Virus record (IMG/VR): IMGVR_UViG_3300015360_002415
Coordinates: 2,281 to 66,280 of that record
Direction: 5' to 3' (one strand)
Length of the DNA stretch: 64,000 nt
From: a virus
The notes below the pieces were generated by a model. That model saw only the letters and a program-made list of their open reading frames with translations, did no database searches and had not been told where the DNA came from. The translations under genes and the position numbers were made by a program. Shown piece after piece: positions 28,527 through 37,840 of the stretch. The stretch's first letter is position 1; each line of letters begins with the position of its first letter.

Positions 28527-29483
28527 TTACCAAACATTACTGAAATCTACTGTACCTTTTGCGTAGGAGTCTACGCGAGATGCAAAGAAGTCGGAGTGTG
28601 ATACTCCGGCAGACATAATATCAAACCATGCCATTCTTTCCAAGGAGTTCTTATCTAAATTCTTCCATATTTTTTTCAGACCCAAATCACCAAGTTTAGT
28701 ATTAGTTCTAAACCTAATGAAAGTTTTCAAATCGTTATGATCAATACCTTCGATTGGTCCATGTTCGAATGCTTTTGCAATGAATGCATCTTCAAGTTCA
28801 ACAGTCAACCTCGCAGCGTCGTAAAGCTCTTTCTTTAGAGTGTCGGTCATTATTTCTGGAAACTCATCAACTAGTGTCCTAAATAACCAACAACCTGCAT
28901 CAGAGTGTAGTGACTCATCTTTGATTGAGAATGCGATAATCTGCCCTACACCTTTTAGTTTATTGAAACGAGAAAAGTTTAGTAGAATAGCAAATGAAGA
29001 AAATAAATTGACTCCCTCATTAAACGCAGAAAAGATTGCTAAGCTGCGTGCAATCTCTTCTTTTGTTTTACCTTTAGTGCCTATTAATCTATCGATTTTA
29101 GCTTTAGCAGTTGGCTCATGAAGGAACGCGGCAAAATCTTCTAAACCCAATGATTGATTTAGGTATGCATATGATACTGCATGAATAGATTCAAATGAAG
29201 AAAAAGCTGCTGCCATCATTTGAATCTCTGGTTTCTTAAACCACTTGCCAACCATCTGACCCCAATATTCTTGAATGAATACTTCAGATTGAGTAAATCC
29301 TTTTAGGATATGACCAATGACATGTTTTTCAGATTCATTAAGATTCATTTTCCAGTCATTGATATCAGAAGCCATTGAAATCTCGCTATGTAGCCAATGA
29401 GATTGTTGTTGTAATTCCCAATACTTATATGCTTGTTCGTATTCGAAAGGAGCATATGTTGGGCGCGGTGTAAGTAAACTCAT
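28527..29483 (-). CDS. nrdB: Ribonucleotide reductase class I beta subunit
   Basis: W...E, ESIHAVSY, EGV.LFSSF, DESLH, DFF. Confidence 0.95.
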   Translation of the reverse strand: MSLLTPRPTYAPFEYEQAYKYWELQQQSHWLHSEISMASDINDWKMNLNESEKHVIGHILKGFTQSEVFIQEYWGQMVGKWFKKPEIQMMAAAFSSFESIHAVSYAYLNQSLGLEDFAAFLHEPTAKAKIDRLIGTKGKTKEEIARSLAIFSAFNEGVNLFSSFAILLNFSRFNKLKGVGQIIAFSIKDESLHSDAGCWLFRTLVDEFPEIMTDTLKKELYDAARLTVELEDAFIAKAFEHGPIEGIDHNDLKTFIRFRTNTKLGDLGLKKIWKNLDKNSLERMAWFDIMSAGVSHSDFFASRVDSYAKGTVDFSNVW

Positions 29484-29568
29484 TAAAAATTCCTAAAAAA
29501 GAGAATAGTATAACGTAACCTAATAATTTGGGTAATTAAGTTTACGTTATACTAGTGTTAAGGGTTGA

Positions 29569-30201
29569 TTATACTTTGATATTTTCTTTCATAATAGAAA
29601 GAGCATTATTAATTGTCTTTATACAACTTACTCTAGAAATACCAAGTTCTTTGCATATTTTGTTGATAGACATTTTCTTGTCTTCATCAGTGAATCCATA
29701 TGCTAAATTAATGACTTGTCTTTGCTCATCGCTAAGCATAGATAGTGCATTTTGAATTGCAGAATTAGTTTGGCACTCCTCTAATTCTTTATCTGGACAG
29801 TATCTCTCCTCTATTAAAGTAGGTAGTACAGCTTCTTTATGTGGCGCGTGTAATTTTGCTACTTTTAATGGTACCCTAATTGTTGTGTGTAAGTTTGCAC
29901 TTCTTGAAATTCTTGTATCAATATACTTATGCGCCCACCAAAAAAATGAACCCTTCTTTGGGTTATAGTTATTCATCGCTTTGATTAGAGCTTCGAAACC
30001 TTCTTGATTCAAGTCATCATAGTTGTTGAAGGATTTATAACGACCAGTCTTCATCTTTACAAGATATTGAAAACTTGACATACAAATACGTTCATGCTTA
30101 TTCAATTCTGATTTGATTTTTGTGTCACCTGATTCTTTAAACTTATTTCTAAGATCGATCAGGGTGCTCATTAGGTCTTGTGCTTCTTGTTCTGTTAACA
30201 T
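29569..30201 (-). CDS. Phage sigma70-family RNA polymerase sigma factor
   Basis: YDDLNQEGFEALIKA..NY.P.KG.F (region 2), TIRVP, region-4 HTH; likely start MLTEQ at 30201. Confidence 0.9.
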   Translation of the reverse strand: MLTEQEAQDLMSTLIDLRNKFKESGDTKIKSELNKHERICMSSFQYLVKMKTGRYKSFNNYDDLNQEGFEALIKAMNNYNPKKGSFFWWAHKYIDTRISRSANLHTTIRVPLKVAKLHAPHKEAVLPTLIEERYCPDKELEECQTNSAIQNALSMLSDEQRQVINLAYGFTDEDKKMSINKICKELGISRVSCIKTINNALSIMKENIKV

Positions 30202-30288
30202 TAGGTCTTCTCTCTTAATAAAAAGTAATGATATACGCAATTATTGATACGTAGTGAAATATAAGATATTGAATGATTTATCGACAAA

Positions 30289-30435
30289 TTACTTAATAAT
30301 TTCTTCTAATTGTTCTATGATTGATTCAACGGATGATCTTAATATTTCTTCATCACCCATTGTCATTGTGAACTTAAGTAGATCAATTATTTGTTTAATT
30401 TTTTGATCTTTTGTACTCTTACTAGATTTGGTCAT
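30289..30435 (-). CDS. Small hypothetical protein (48 aa, MTKSSKSTKDQK...)
   Basis: Hand-translated; ATGA overlap with the upstream gene. Confidence 0.6.
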   Translation of the reverse strand: MTKSSKSTKDQKIKQIIDLLKFTMTMGDEEILRSSVESIIEQLEEIIK

Positions 30436-30623
30436 GAGTAGCCTGAGCTAGCCCACCCGCCTCCAGTCAAAATGAATCCCCCACCTTTGGAGATTAATCT
30501 AGTAACTTTCTTTAGCTCCAGTCCCGCCTCCTGGCACTTCGAGCATTCTTCTAACTTCTCGTTTATAGAGTGTGACTCTTCAAACTCTCCATGCAATTCA
30601 CAGCAATATGTATAGGTTGGCAT
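30432..30623 (-). CDS. FmdB-family zinc-ribbon protein
   Basis: MPTYTY.C..HG.FE, C..C, RLIS...F.L.GGGW. Confidence 0.85.
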   Translation of the reverse strand: MPTYTYCCELHGEFEESHSINEKLEECSKCQEAGLELKKVTRLISKGGGFILTGGGWASSGYS

Positions 30624-30629
30624 TTATCC

Positions 30630-30857
30630 TCAGTTTGTATTTCGGCTACTCAACATCATAATCTCTTTTTTTATGCTGTCAATTTCCATGCCAACTTTAG
30701 TAATTTGCTCGCGTATTATTTTTATTTTCACTAGACTATCGTTTTCATTGGCATATTTATCTTTTTCTATTTCTTTTACTTGACCAAGCAAATGTTTCAA
30801 CTCCCATTTACAGGAAGTGAATTTATTCGTAAGTGCAAGAGAAGTGACTGTTCGCAA
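30630..30857 (-). CDS. Hypothetical coiled-coil protein
   Basis: 75-aa ORF, GGAGG RBS with TTG start. Confidence 0.6.
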   Translation of the reverse strand: MRTVTSLALTNKFTSCKWELKHLLGQVKEIEKDKYANENDSLVKIKIIREQITKVGMEIDSIKKEIMMLSSRNTN

Positions 30858-31163
30858 TTAACCTCCGCGTTTTCTGCGATCTATTTTAGTTTGTAATTCT
30901 TGGTATTTAGTTTCACCAAGCATGTTCGCATAAACCTTTTCTGATTTATGCATATCTTGCTTCAAAACTTTTGCATCACTCTTTACTTTATCAACCAAAT
31001 CTTGACCAGTCAATTCTACTACGCCCCTTACATTTAAAGAAATCAAGCGCTTAGCGGTTGGCTCATTGCAAGCTGGACAAATTGTTGGTGGATCAACTTT
31101 AATAGAATATGTAGCTTCCCACTCATGTTTACAAGTCTCACACATATGTTCATAATCTGGCAT
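30858..31163 (-). CDS. FmdB-family zinc-ribbon protein (second)
   Basis: MPDYEH.C..C.HEWE, CPAC, KRLIS. Confidence 0.85.
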   Translation of the reverse strand: MPDYEHMCETCKHEWEATYSIKVDPPTICPACNEPTAKRLISLNVRGVVELTGQDLVDKVKSDAKVLKQDMHKSEKVYANMLGETKYQELQTKIDRRKRGG

Positions 31164-31181
31164 TTTATTCCTTAAATCAAT

Positions 31182-31364
31182 TTAGGTATCATCTATTATT
31201 AAAGATTTACCTATTAACCTGTACTCTATATCCTTAAACCAATTCTTTTTGATGTCCTGTTTGAATTTTTCATTCTTAACTTCAAAAACTATAAATAGTC
31301 TTCCTGTTTTTTCATCAAACTCTATCCTAGATGCATCAGCAACCACCTCTTCATAATTTTTCAT
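31182..31364 (-). CDS. Hypothetical protein
   Basis: 60-aa ORF in the operon. Confidence 0.65.
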   Translation of the reverse strand: MKNYEEVVADASRIEFDEKTGRLFIVFEVKNEKFKQDIKKNWFKDIEYRLIGKSLIIDDT

Positions 31365-31368
31365 TTTA

Positions 31369-32781
31369 TCACATACCTAATAATTCAGCTTTCGATGAAA
31401 TATCGTCGGGGTCTCTCATCTCAAATTGAGTATCATCCTCTTCAGCAGGATTATCTAATAAAGTACCACAAGCTAAATTCTTTATCAAATTACCTTTACC
31501 AAGCTCACCATCACGATTCTTAATCAAATGGTAATTCATATCTGGATACTGTTTTTCATTATTTCTGGTCTCAATCTGTACTGCAATATTAGCATTCTGC
31601 ATGATTAATGCTGAACGACCAATACGATGCAATCCAATTTTATCCTCAATCTCTTTGCCGCCCTTCGCTCTGTTCAACTGCACAGCACTTAAAACAATGC
31701 AATTATGAACTCTAGCAAACTCATGAATCTTTTCTGCAATTTTACCAAGCTTCAACCAGTCATCTAAATCTGAACCACCTTCATAATCCATTAGACCAAG
31801 ATAATCAATTACTATAATCTTAGGATCATAACTAGCCCTTGCTTCTTCATAAATCTGCTCAAGACTTTCCATCGTGGCACCACGAGGAATATCTACAATT
31901 TCAAATTGAAATGGATAACGTTGAATAAACCTTAAAGCCTTCTTGAGCTTATTTGCCTCTTCAGTGTCTAAGGTTGCCTTTCTAATCTTCTTTGAAGGAC
32001 AACCCGATAGTCTGGATAGAACACGGTTCAAACATGGTTTAAAGGGCATTTCAAGCGAGAAATATAAAATGCCAGTTCCAGCTCCCCAATTCTCCTCCAT
32101 ATCCATCGTATTTTGTTGCATCCAAATCTGAATTGCCATATTCATAAGTAACATGGATTTACCACCACCAGATTCAGCTCCAATTAATACTAGCTCACCA
32201 GGACGTAATCCATCTGTCACATTATCAAAATACGTATAACCAGTAGGAATACCTCTATCAAAAGTAGGATCATTCATCTTTGCGTTATACTCTTCCCTAA
32301 AAATAGGGACGGCATCTCTTAATGTTTTACGCTCATAAGCTTTTACCTTATCTAAAGATTTGATCGTTTGACAAGCCTTTTGCATTTCAGAGGTAAGCTT
32401 TTCAACATCCATAGTACCAAGATCAGCCGAAGCTAGTGTCTCTTTAACCGCAATGATTTGCCTTTCAGCATAACGCCTTTTTAACTTACTAAGGTCATGC
32501 TTATACTCTTTATCATTGTATTCAATAGACTCTAGTTTAGCCCATAAAGTTTTTACGTTTTCAATTTGCTTATCATTCTTACCATTAGCCAGTTTTTCAG
32601 TAATGACTCTTAAAGTAGGAATATCCTTGTACATTTTAATGTGAGGGATGATTAAGTTTGCAAAATTCCAAACCTCAGGCGCAAATATCTTAGGATCACA
32701 TTCAGTACTAAAATCTAAAGCCTGTTTCTTATTCGTGATAAGTGTTTTTAGAATAACCAAATCTAGATCTTGAAAACTCAT
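31369..32781 (-). CDS. dnaB: Replicative DNA helicase DnaB-like
   Basis: IPTG, GLRPGEL, AESGGGKS, FSLEM, IDYL, QLNR, KNRDG. Confidence 0.93.
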   Translation of the reverse strand: MSFQDLDLVILKTLITNKKQALDFSTECDPKIFAPEVWNFANLIIPHIKMYKDIPTLRVITEKLANGKNDKQIENVKTLWAKLESIEYNDKEYKHDLSKLKRRYAERQIIAVKETLASADLGTMDVEKLTSEMQKACQTIKSLDKVKAYERKTLRDAVPIFREEYNAKMNDPTFDRGIPTGYTYFDNVTDGLRPGELVLIGAESGGGKSMLLMNMAIQIWMQQNTMDMEENWGAGTGILYFSLEMPFKPCLNRVLSRLSGCPSKKIRKATLDTEEANKLKKALRFIQRYPFQFEIVDIPRGATMESLEQIYEEARASYDPKIIVIDYLGLMDYEGGSDLDDWLKLGKIAEKIHEFARVHNCIVLSAVQLNRAKGGKEIEDKIGLHRIGRSALIMQNANIAVQIETRNNEKQYPDMNYHLIKNRDGELGKGNLIKNLACGTLLDNPAEEDDTQFEMRDPDDISSKAELLGM

Positions 32782-33038
32782 ACTTCCTCCGCTTCAACTA
32801 TCAAACCAGCCCTTTTAGCAATTCTTCTAAATTCTACTGGTGTCATTGCATTAACAATAGCAATAACCTCCATTACCTCAGGACAACCAGATGCGCTTTC
32901 ACTACCCCTACAAATACTAGAATCATTATCTGATTCTTTAATGTATTTGCAGTCGCATGTCTTACCTCTATAAGCACACAATGCTTTTTTAATTCTGCCT
33001 AAAGATACCACTAATTTTGATTTGGCTACTCCGAACAT
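32778..33038 (-). CDS. Hypothetical Cys-rich protein
   Basis: LCAY....CDCKY, GCPE. Confidence 0.65.
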   Translation of the reverse strand: MFGVAKSKLVVSLGRIKKALCAYRGKTCDCKYIKESDNDSSICRGSESASGCPEVMEVIAIVNAMTPVEFRRIAKRAGLIVEAEEV

Positions 33039-33040
33039 AC

Positions 33041-33742
33041 TTACCTCTTTTTTCTAAAGTCTTCACCCATAACTACGAACTCTTTCATATATCCCTTCAT
33101 CAAACTATCTATACTAGCTTTCAATGGTCCATTAAAAGCATCAACTATCTTTGGTGAATTCGTACACATCAATGTAGGCATCTTGTTTTGACTACGTGTA
33201 CGAAATACACCTTCCAAAGTCCTAGCATATAAATCTGCGGCATTTTCTGATTGCATGAATCTAGAATCAAACTCATCTATTGCTAGAAAATCCGCCATTA
33301 CCAATTCACGTCTAGCTAAAAACTTCTCTTCACCAGATGCTTGCGTCAATACATTTACAATATCACTCAATGTAGTATAAAGACTCACGTATCCTTTTTG
33401 ACAGGCTTTCTTTAAAATACAAGTCAGTGTCATTGTCTTACCAACACCATGTGATCCAGCAAAACATATAGATGATCCAGTAATATATGAAGCCTTCAAA
33501 TCTGAAATATATTCATTGTACTTATCTAGAAGGCGTTTATCTCCTTGATAATCCTTTTCCATTTTAAGATTCCAATATTCATATGGAATATTACTTTCAG
33601 CGTACCTATTGATAGCAGTTAGTTTGATATGTTTCGTTTGAAGATCATCAGTACTATTTTCTATACTTGAAATAGTTTCCTGTAATTTGCGTTTTGGCAC
33701 ATTATTTAGTGCTCGGCTTCGAATGAAATCCAGGGTATCCAT
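33041..33742 (-). CDS. DnaC/IstB-like AAA+ helicase loader
   Basis: GSHGVGKT, LAIDE, R......PT...TN, G.DFR; next to dnaB. Confidence 0.85.
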   Translation of the reverse strand: MDTLDFIRSRALNNVPKRKLQETISSIENSTDDLQTKHIKLTAINRYAESNIPYEYWNLKMEKDYQGDKRLLDKYNEYISDLKASYITGSSICFAGSHGVGKTMTLTCILKKACQKGYVSLYTTLSDIVNVLTQASGEEKFLARRELVMADFLAIDEFDSRFMQSENAADLYARTLEGVFRTRSQNKMPTLMCTNSPKIVDAFNGPLKASIDSLMKGYMKEFVVMGEDFRKKR

Positions 33743-34130
33743 ATGATGCTTCCTTTGGTGCTGGTAAGTGGTGGTCTTTCAATTTCTCTGTGATAATCTT
33801 CTTTTCCTGTTCTGCTAAAAGTACACGTAACTCAGCTAGTTTCTTGACACGTAAATCGTTATCGCTAGGTTTGTTCAACGTTTCTTCAAACTTTTCTTCC
33901 AGAACAGTCTTCTCTTCTACCTTTGCTGCAATTTTATGTTTTATAGCAGCACGGTCTGGCAGGATGAGCATGGCAACTATATCATCTGAAGGGTGTGGTA
34001 TTATTATACGACATTCCCCGTCAGAAGATATTAGTATCGCCTCCGTTGCTGACCAACTTTCCACTTTACCAGTAAGTTGTAATCCACTTTTGAAATGAAT
34101 TTTTACTATGTTATTTGGTTGAGGTATCAT
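33702..34130 (-). CDS. Hypothetical protein (Sm-like N-terminus plus coiled coil)
   Basis: VKIHFKSG..LTGKVESW pattern. Confidence 0.6.
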   Translation of the reverse strand: MIPQPNNIVKIHFKSGLQLTGKVESWSATEAILISSDGECRIIIPHPSDDIVAMLILPDRAAIKHKIAAKVEEKTVLEEKFEETLNKPSDNDLRVKKLAELRVLLAEQEKKIITEKLKDHHLPAPKEASYGYPGFHSKPSTK

Positions 34131-34735
34131 ACTATCCTTGTTAGAATATCTTTATCAAACCCAGCTTCTTCAAGTTGAGTAAATGCTAATAGGATCTCTG
34201 GTGATGGATCTGACATCTGTGATACGAAAGCTAAGTCACCATATGTCTTCACAGGCAGACCGGCGGTCTTGAAGATACTAGCATAGTTTGCTGGCAAATC
34301 GGTAGTACGATCCACGCTCAGGTTTTTCTTACCGGCTAGTAACACATTAAACTTATATTCATTTACAATACCTTCTACTGTCATAAATGAAATAGATGTA
34401 AGTCTACGTTTAGCCTGTATCACTTTAGTCTTATATACCCAATCAATATACTCCTTCAGTAATGATGGATTAGAAGTCAACATTGAAGATAATTTTTTTA
34501 CTTGAAAAATTTCAAAAGATTTCATTGGAAATGGACTATTGAACTTGAATGAATATTTCACATTGTAGGTTTCATAATACTTTTTACAAAAATAGCCCAA
34601 CAAATGCTGGGCTTTCCATTGTGTGACATCTAATGTATCTATATCTTTGAATTTATCAAAAAGTTTTTGCCACTGTTCATTTGGTGCAGTTGTTAGTTCT
34701 CCACCAGTAGTATCTTTTACTTTTTTTGTCGCCAT
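34127..34735 (-). CDS. Hypothetical protein in the replication block
   Basis: 202-aa ORF upstream of the loader and helicase genes. Confidence 0.7.
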   Translation of the reverse strand: MATKKVKDTTGGELTTAPNEQWQKLFDKFKDIDTLDVTQWKAQHLLGYFCKKYYETYNVKYSFKFNSPFPMKSFEIFQVKKLSSMLTSNPSLLKEYIDWVYKTKVIQAKRRLTSISFMTVEGIVNEYKFNVLLAGKKNLSVDRTTDLPANYASIFKTAGLPVKTYGDLAFVSQMSDPSPEILLAFTQLEEAGFDKDILTRIV

Positions 34736-34741
34736 ATTATT

Positions 34742-35027
34742 TTACCAAAATGCTTTCATATTCAAAACTTTATCTATATGTTTCCTATCACATACAATAC
34801 ATGAAACAGTCACCGTCTCGCCTCACACCAAGTAAAACAAAAATTGTTCCAATAATTTTAGGATCTGTACGCTTTATTATTAGATCTACCGTTTCATCAA
34901 TTTCATCAATAGAAGCTGAAATACTATTTATCTGATAGCCGCATTTTTCAGCTAAATCATAAATGTTACTATGATTGAACTTTAAATCCAATAAAAGTTT
35001 CTGTAAATCTGAGTGATATTCAATCAT
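34742..35027 (-). pseudogene. Small ORF whose KAFW-tagged tail lies in another frame (frameshifted gene, or separate 23-aa ORF)
   Basis: ORF 35027-34788 stops early; the alternative frame reads ETVTVSCIVCDRKHIDKVLNMKAFW-stop(34742). Confidence 0.5.
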
Positions 35028-36707
35028 TTATAACTCATTTCTAAGGTTAGGTGGTATGATAATTTTGAAGCCTTCTTCAGAGCAGTATATCTCGTGTCTT
35101 CTTTTTGAATGAGTTTTTAAGAACTTAACATCATCAAAGAAGTCTATGATTGCAGCATATTTTTTGCCTGGGAATTTTCTAATAACCCTACCAATACGCT
35201 GCAATGCTCTAATACTACTCTTGCCACCACCTGCTAGAACAAGTGCAGACAGTGAGCTAATATCTACTCCAATATCAAATATTGAGCTAGCTAACACTAA
35301 ATTAGATTGTTTAGATAGTAGTCTATTTTTAACTTCTATTCTTTTATCTAGCGGATCTGAACCAGAAAGATACTCGTATTTAATATCTTGATTTTCAAAT
35401 AATTCGCACAGATTTTTCCCATGCTGTAGGTGCTTGAATAATACTAATACCTGATAATTTTTTGTCAATAGCTCCTTGGTATTATTGACAATTGCGTTAT
35501 TTCTTATTATATTATCAGTGATGTATTCTTTATACACTGTCTGATAACTTGATGTTCCAGATCCAATATATGTCTTAGGTACTCTTACAAATTTTACAAT
35601 TGGTTGAGCAAGGTAACCATCACCTATTAACTCAGATGCGGTTACGTTTACAATCTGTTCACCAAGAATTCCTTTAATAAGCAAGTCGGAACCATCATCT
35701 CTAAATGGTGTTCCAGAGAAACCATATATATTCTCAGGGTTTATTTTACTAAAAATGTTCTTAATTGTATCAGTTGTAACGACATGGCTCTCATCAAAAA
35801 TATGTAGCTTAGTTGCTTGTAACATATTATTGATTTTCTCACTTTGACTTAGAGTTGGAGTGATTTCTTTATCATCCAATTCATCATCAATCAATACTGC
35901 CCCTTTACTTTTTAAGGCACTACTTATTGTCCAGATACTTGCGATATTGATTCTTTGTATGTCGCACACACCATTACCAATGAAGCCTATTGGTTCATCG
36001 AATACAGATGAGAATAGATCATGGAATTGTTTTAATAGGTCAAGACCAATAACATATATGATGGTTGGCTTGTTAAATTTTGCTGCAATCAATGCAGTAC
36101 ATAAGGTTTTGCCGGAACCAGTGCAGGCTCTTATTATTCCCTTGTTAGTACCAATGGCTGCACTAACAATACGCTTTTGATACTCTCTGGGTACCATAGA
36201 AAGTGATTGCAGCTTATCAGTTAGATCTAAGCTAGCTCCGTTGACAACAGATTTGTTATTGTCAATAATAGAATATTGTTGGTTGTTCTTATCTAAGAAT
36301 GCTTTTACATTTTGTAAAAGACCAGATAAGAAATAACCATTATTGTCTAGCATATAAGCAATACCATTCCAACCATTTTTAAACGCAGCGGTATATTCAA
36401 CACCGGCTTGTTTATATGATAGATGGCTCTTTAGCTTATTGAAAAGCTTAATATCCGTAGTGATAAATTGCGAATGCTTATTATCAACAATGATTTTAGG
36501 ATACTCTGGTTTAGTCTCAACGCATTTAGAACAACCACCAGATGATAACTTAATATGATCTGTTGGTAATACTGTAAATGAACCATGAACCTTACACATT
36601 ACGATTACTTCGACTTTACTATTCTTATAGTCTACTTCTAAATACTCAAATTTATCGTTATGATATTTCTTTGATTTTTCGATGAACTCTTCAGTTTTTT
36701 TTGTCAT
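35028..36707 (-). CDS. SF2 helicase (UvsW/XPB-like) with N-terminal DUF723-like Zn module
   Basis: REYQ, CTGSGKT, DESH, SGT, QRIGR; N-terminal TEEFI.K...H..KF.Y..V.Y......V...C..HG.F...P..H....GC..C. Confidence 0.88.
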   Translation of the reverse strand: MTKKTEEFIEKSKKYHNDKFEYLEVDYKNSKVEVIVMCKVHGSFTVLPTDHIKLSSGGCSKCVETKPEYPKIIVDNKHSQFITTDIKLFNKLKSHLSYKQAGVEYTAAFKNGWNGIAYMLDNNGYFLSGLLQNVKAFLDKNNQQYSIIDNNKSVVNGASLDLTDKLQSLSMVPREYQKRIVSAAIGTNKGIIRACTGSGKTLCTALIAAKFNKPTIIYVIGLDLLKQFHDLFSSVFDEPIGFIGNGVCDIQRINIASIWTISSALKSKGAVLIDDELDDKEITPTLSQSEKINNMLQATKLHIFDESHVVTTDTIKNIFSKINPENIYGFSGTPFRDDGSDLLIKGILGEQIVNVTASELIGDGYLAQPIVKFVRVPKTYIGSGTSSYQTVYKEYITDNIIRNNAIVNNTKELLTKNYQVLVLFKHLQHGKNLCELFENQDIKYEYLSGSDPLDKRIEVKNRLLSKQSNLVLASSIFDIGVDISSLSALVLAGGGKSSIRALQRIGRVIRKFPGKKYAAIIDFFDDVKFLKTHSKRRHEIYCSEEGFKIIIPPNLRNEL

Positions 36708-36713
36708 GAGATT

Positions 36714-36753
36714 ACCTTGTAGTTATACATGTTTATCTATATAACTACAAGGT
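36714..36753 (-). promoter_or_regulatory. Perfect 14-bp inverted repeat covering the helicase RBS
   Basis: ACCTTGTAGTTATA-12 nt-TATAACTACAAGGT; AAGGT lies 6 nt before the ATG on the minus strand. Confidence 0.75.
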
Positions 36754-36778
36754 TTTTCTCGACAATTTATGTGATTAC

Positions 36779-36978
36779 TTACTCACCTTTAATGTGTTTA
36801 ATCATCTTATTTACAGCCTCACCAGCATTTTCTTTTCGCTAGTATCTACATACCTTAATGATTCAAATAAATATGTAATAGGACCATACTTGCTAAGATA
36901 CTTGGCACGCAAACTCGCAAGTTCAGAATCGTATTGAGATTGAACTTCACTAATCTCTTCTAGTATATCAGGTTTCAT
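36779..36978 (-). pseudogene. Stand-alone PheRS-alpha N-terminal coiled-coil-like protein, 1-nt frameshift
   Basis: ELASLRAKYLSKYGPITYLFESLRYVDTSEKK continued in the -1 frame by NAGEAVNKMIKHIKGE. Confidence 0.6.
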
Positions 36979-37196
36979 ATGATTATGACCATATAATCAT
37001 TTGGTAATTCAATAGATTGAATCATACTTAATTTACAACAAAACCTTGTTTTCAAATGCATTGGATTACTGGTTGTCAAAATAACATAATCACTACCAAC
37101 ACTTTCCACTGTATAAAAAGCACTATTTTTATCTATTAGTTTTAGTGGGAGATTTTTGCCAACAAAACTCTCTAATATTTTATTGAAACTGCTCAT
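36975..37196 (-). CDS. Small hypothetical protein
   Basis: 73 aa, ATGA overlaps. Confidence 0.65.
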   Translation of the reverse strand: MSSFNKILESFVGKNLPLKLIDKNSAFYTVESVGSDYVILTTSNPMHLKTRFCCKLSMIQSIELPNDYMVIII

Positions 37197-37840
37197 TTAT
37201 TACCTCTATTCATTTTATTAATCTTTTTCACTTCAGCTATTTTCATAAAATTTTTATATACATGCTTCCATTTAACATCTCTAAGTATATCATTAACTGT
37301 CCCTCTAGAAACATTGAATAAATTACCTAAATCATTTTCAGTATATTTACCAGTATAATAATGATTCAAAATATCAATAACTTGTGATTCGAGCAATTTA
37401 GATTGCTTATTAGATTCACCTCTAGATCTTAACTTAACATCATCTGAATGTGACTTTCCATAAAATGGATTTATATTTCCAGTTTTAAGTTTAGCTAATT
37501 CAGATAATTTAATCTTTGTTTCTTTTGAATGCTTAAATCCTTTAGCGCCCTCACCACCATTTGTCAAATTATATCCAAATTTTGAATCATTTGTATGGCG
37601 CAAAGAAATTTGAGATATTTCAAAAGCTTCTTGTTCAGAAAAACAATACCATAAAGCCTTGAACCAAAAATTGGTTGCACCATATTGATTCAAAGCTTTA
37701 TGGATGTATTGACTTTTACTAGAAGTATTTCTGGATTTATTGATATGAACTTTGAATCTCAGTTTAAGATTATTAGTTTTACCTATATACATTTTACCAT
37801 TAATTTTATTTTCAATGGAATAAACCCAAAATATATCCAT
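37193..37840 (-). CDS. GIY-YIG homing endonuclease (NUMOD3 + HTH)
   Basis: VYSIENKINGKMYIGKT, R...H, GYNLTNGGEG, HSKETK.K.S, NPFYGKSHS. Confidence 0.88.
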   Translation of the reverse strand: MDIFWVYSIENKINGKMYIGKTNNLKLRFKVHINKSRNTSSKSQYIHKALNQYGATNFWFKALWYCFSEQEAFEISQISLRHTNDSKFGYNLTNGGEGAKGFKHSKETKIKLSELAKLKTGNINPFYGKSHSDDVKLRSRGESNKQSKLLESQVIDILNHYYTGKYTENDLGNLFNVSRGTVNDILRDVKWKHVYKNFMKIAEVKKINKMNRGNK

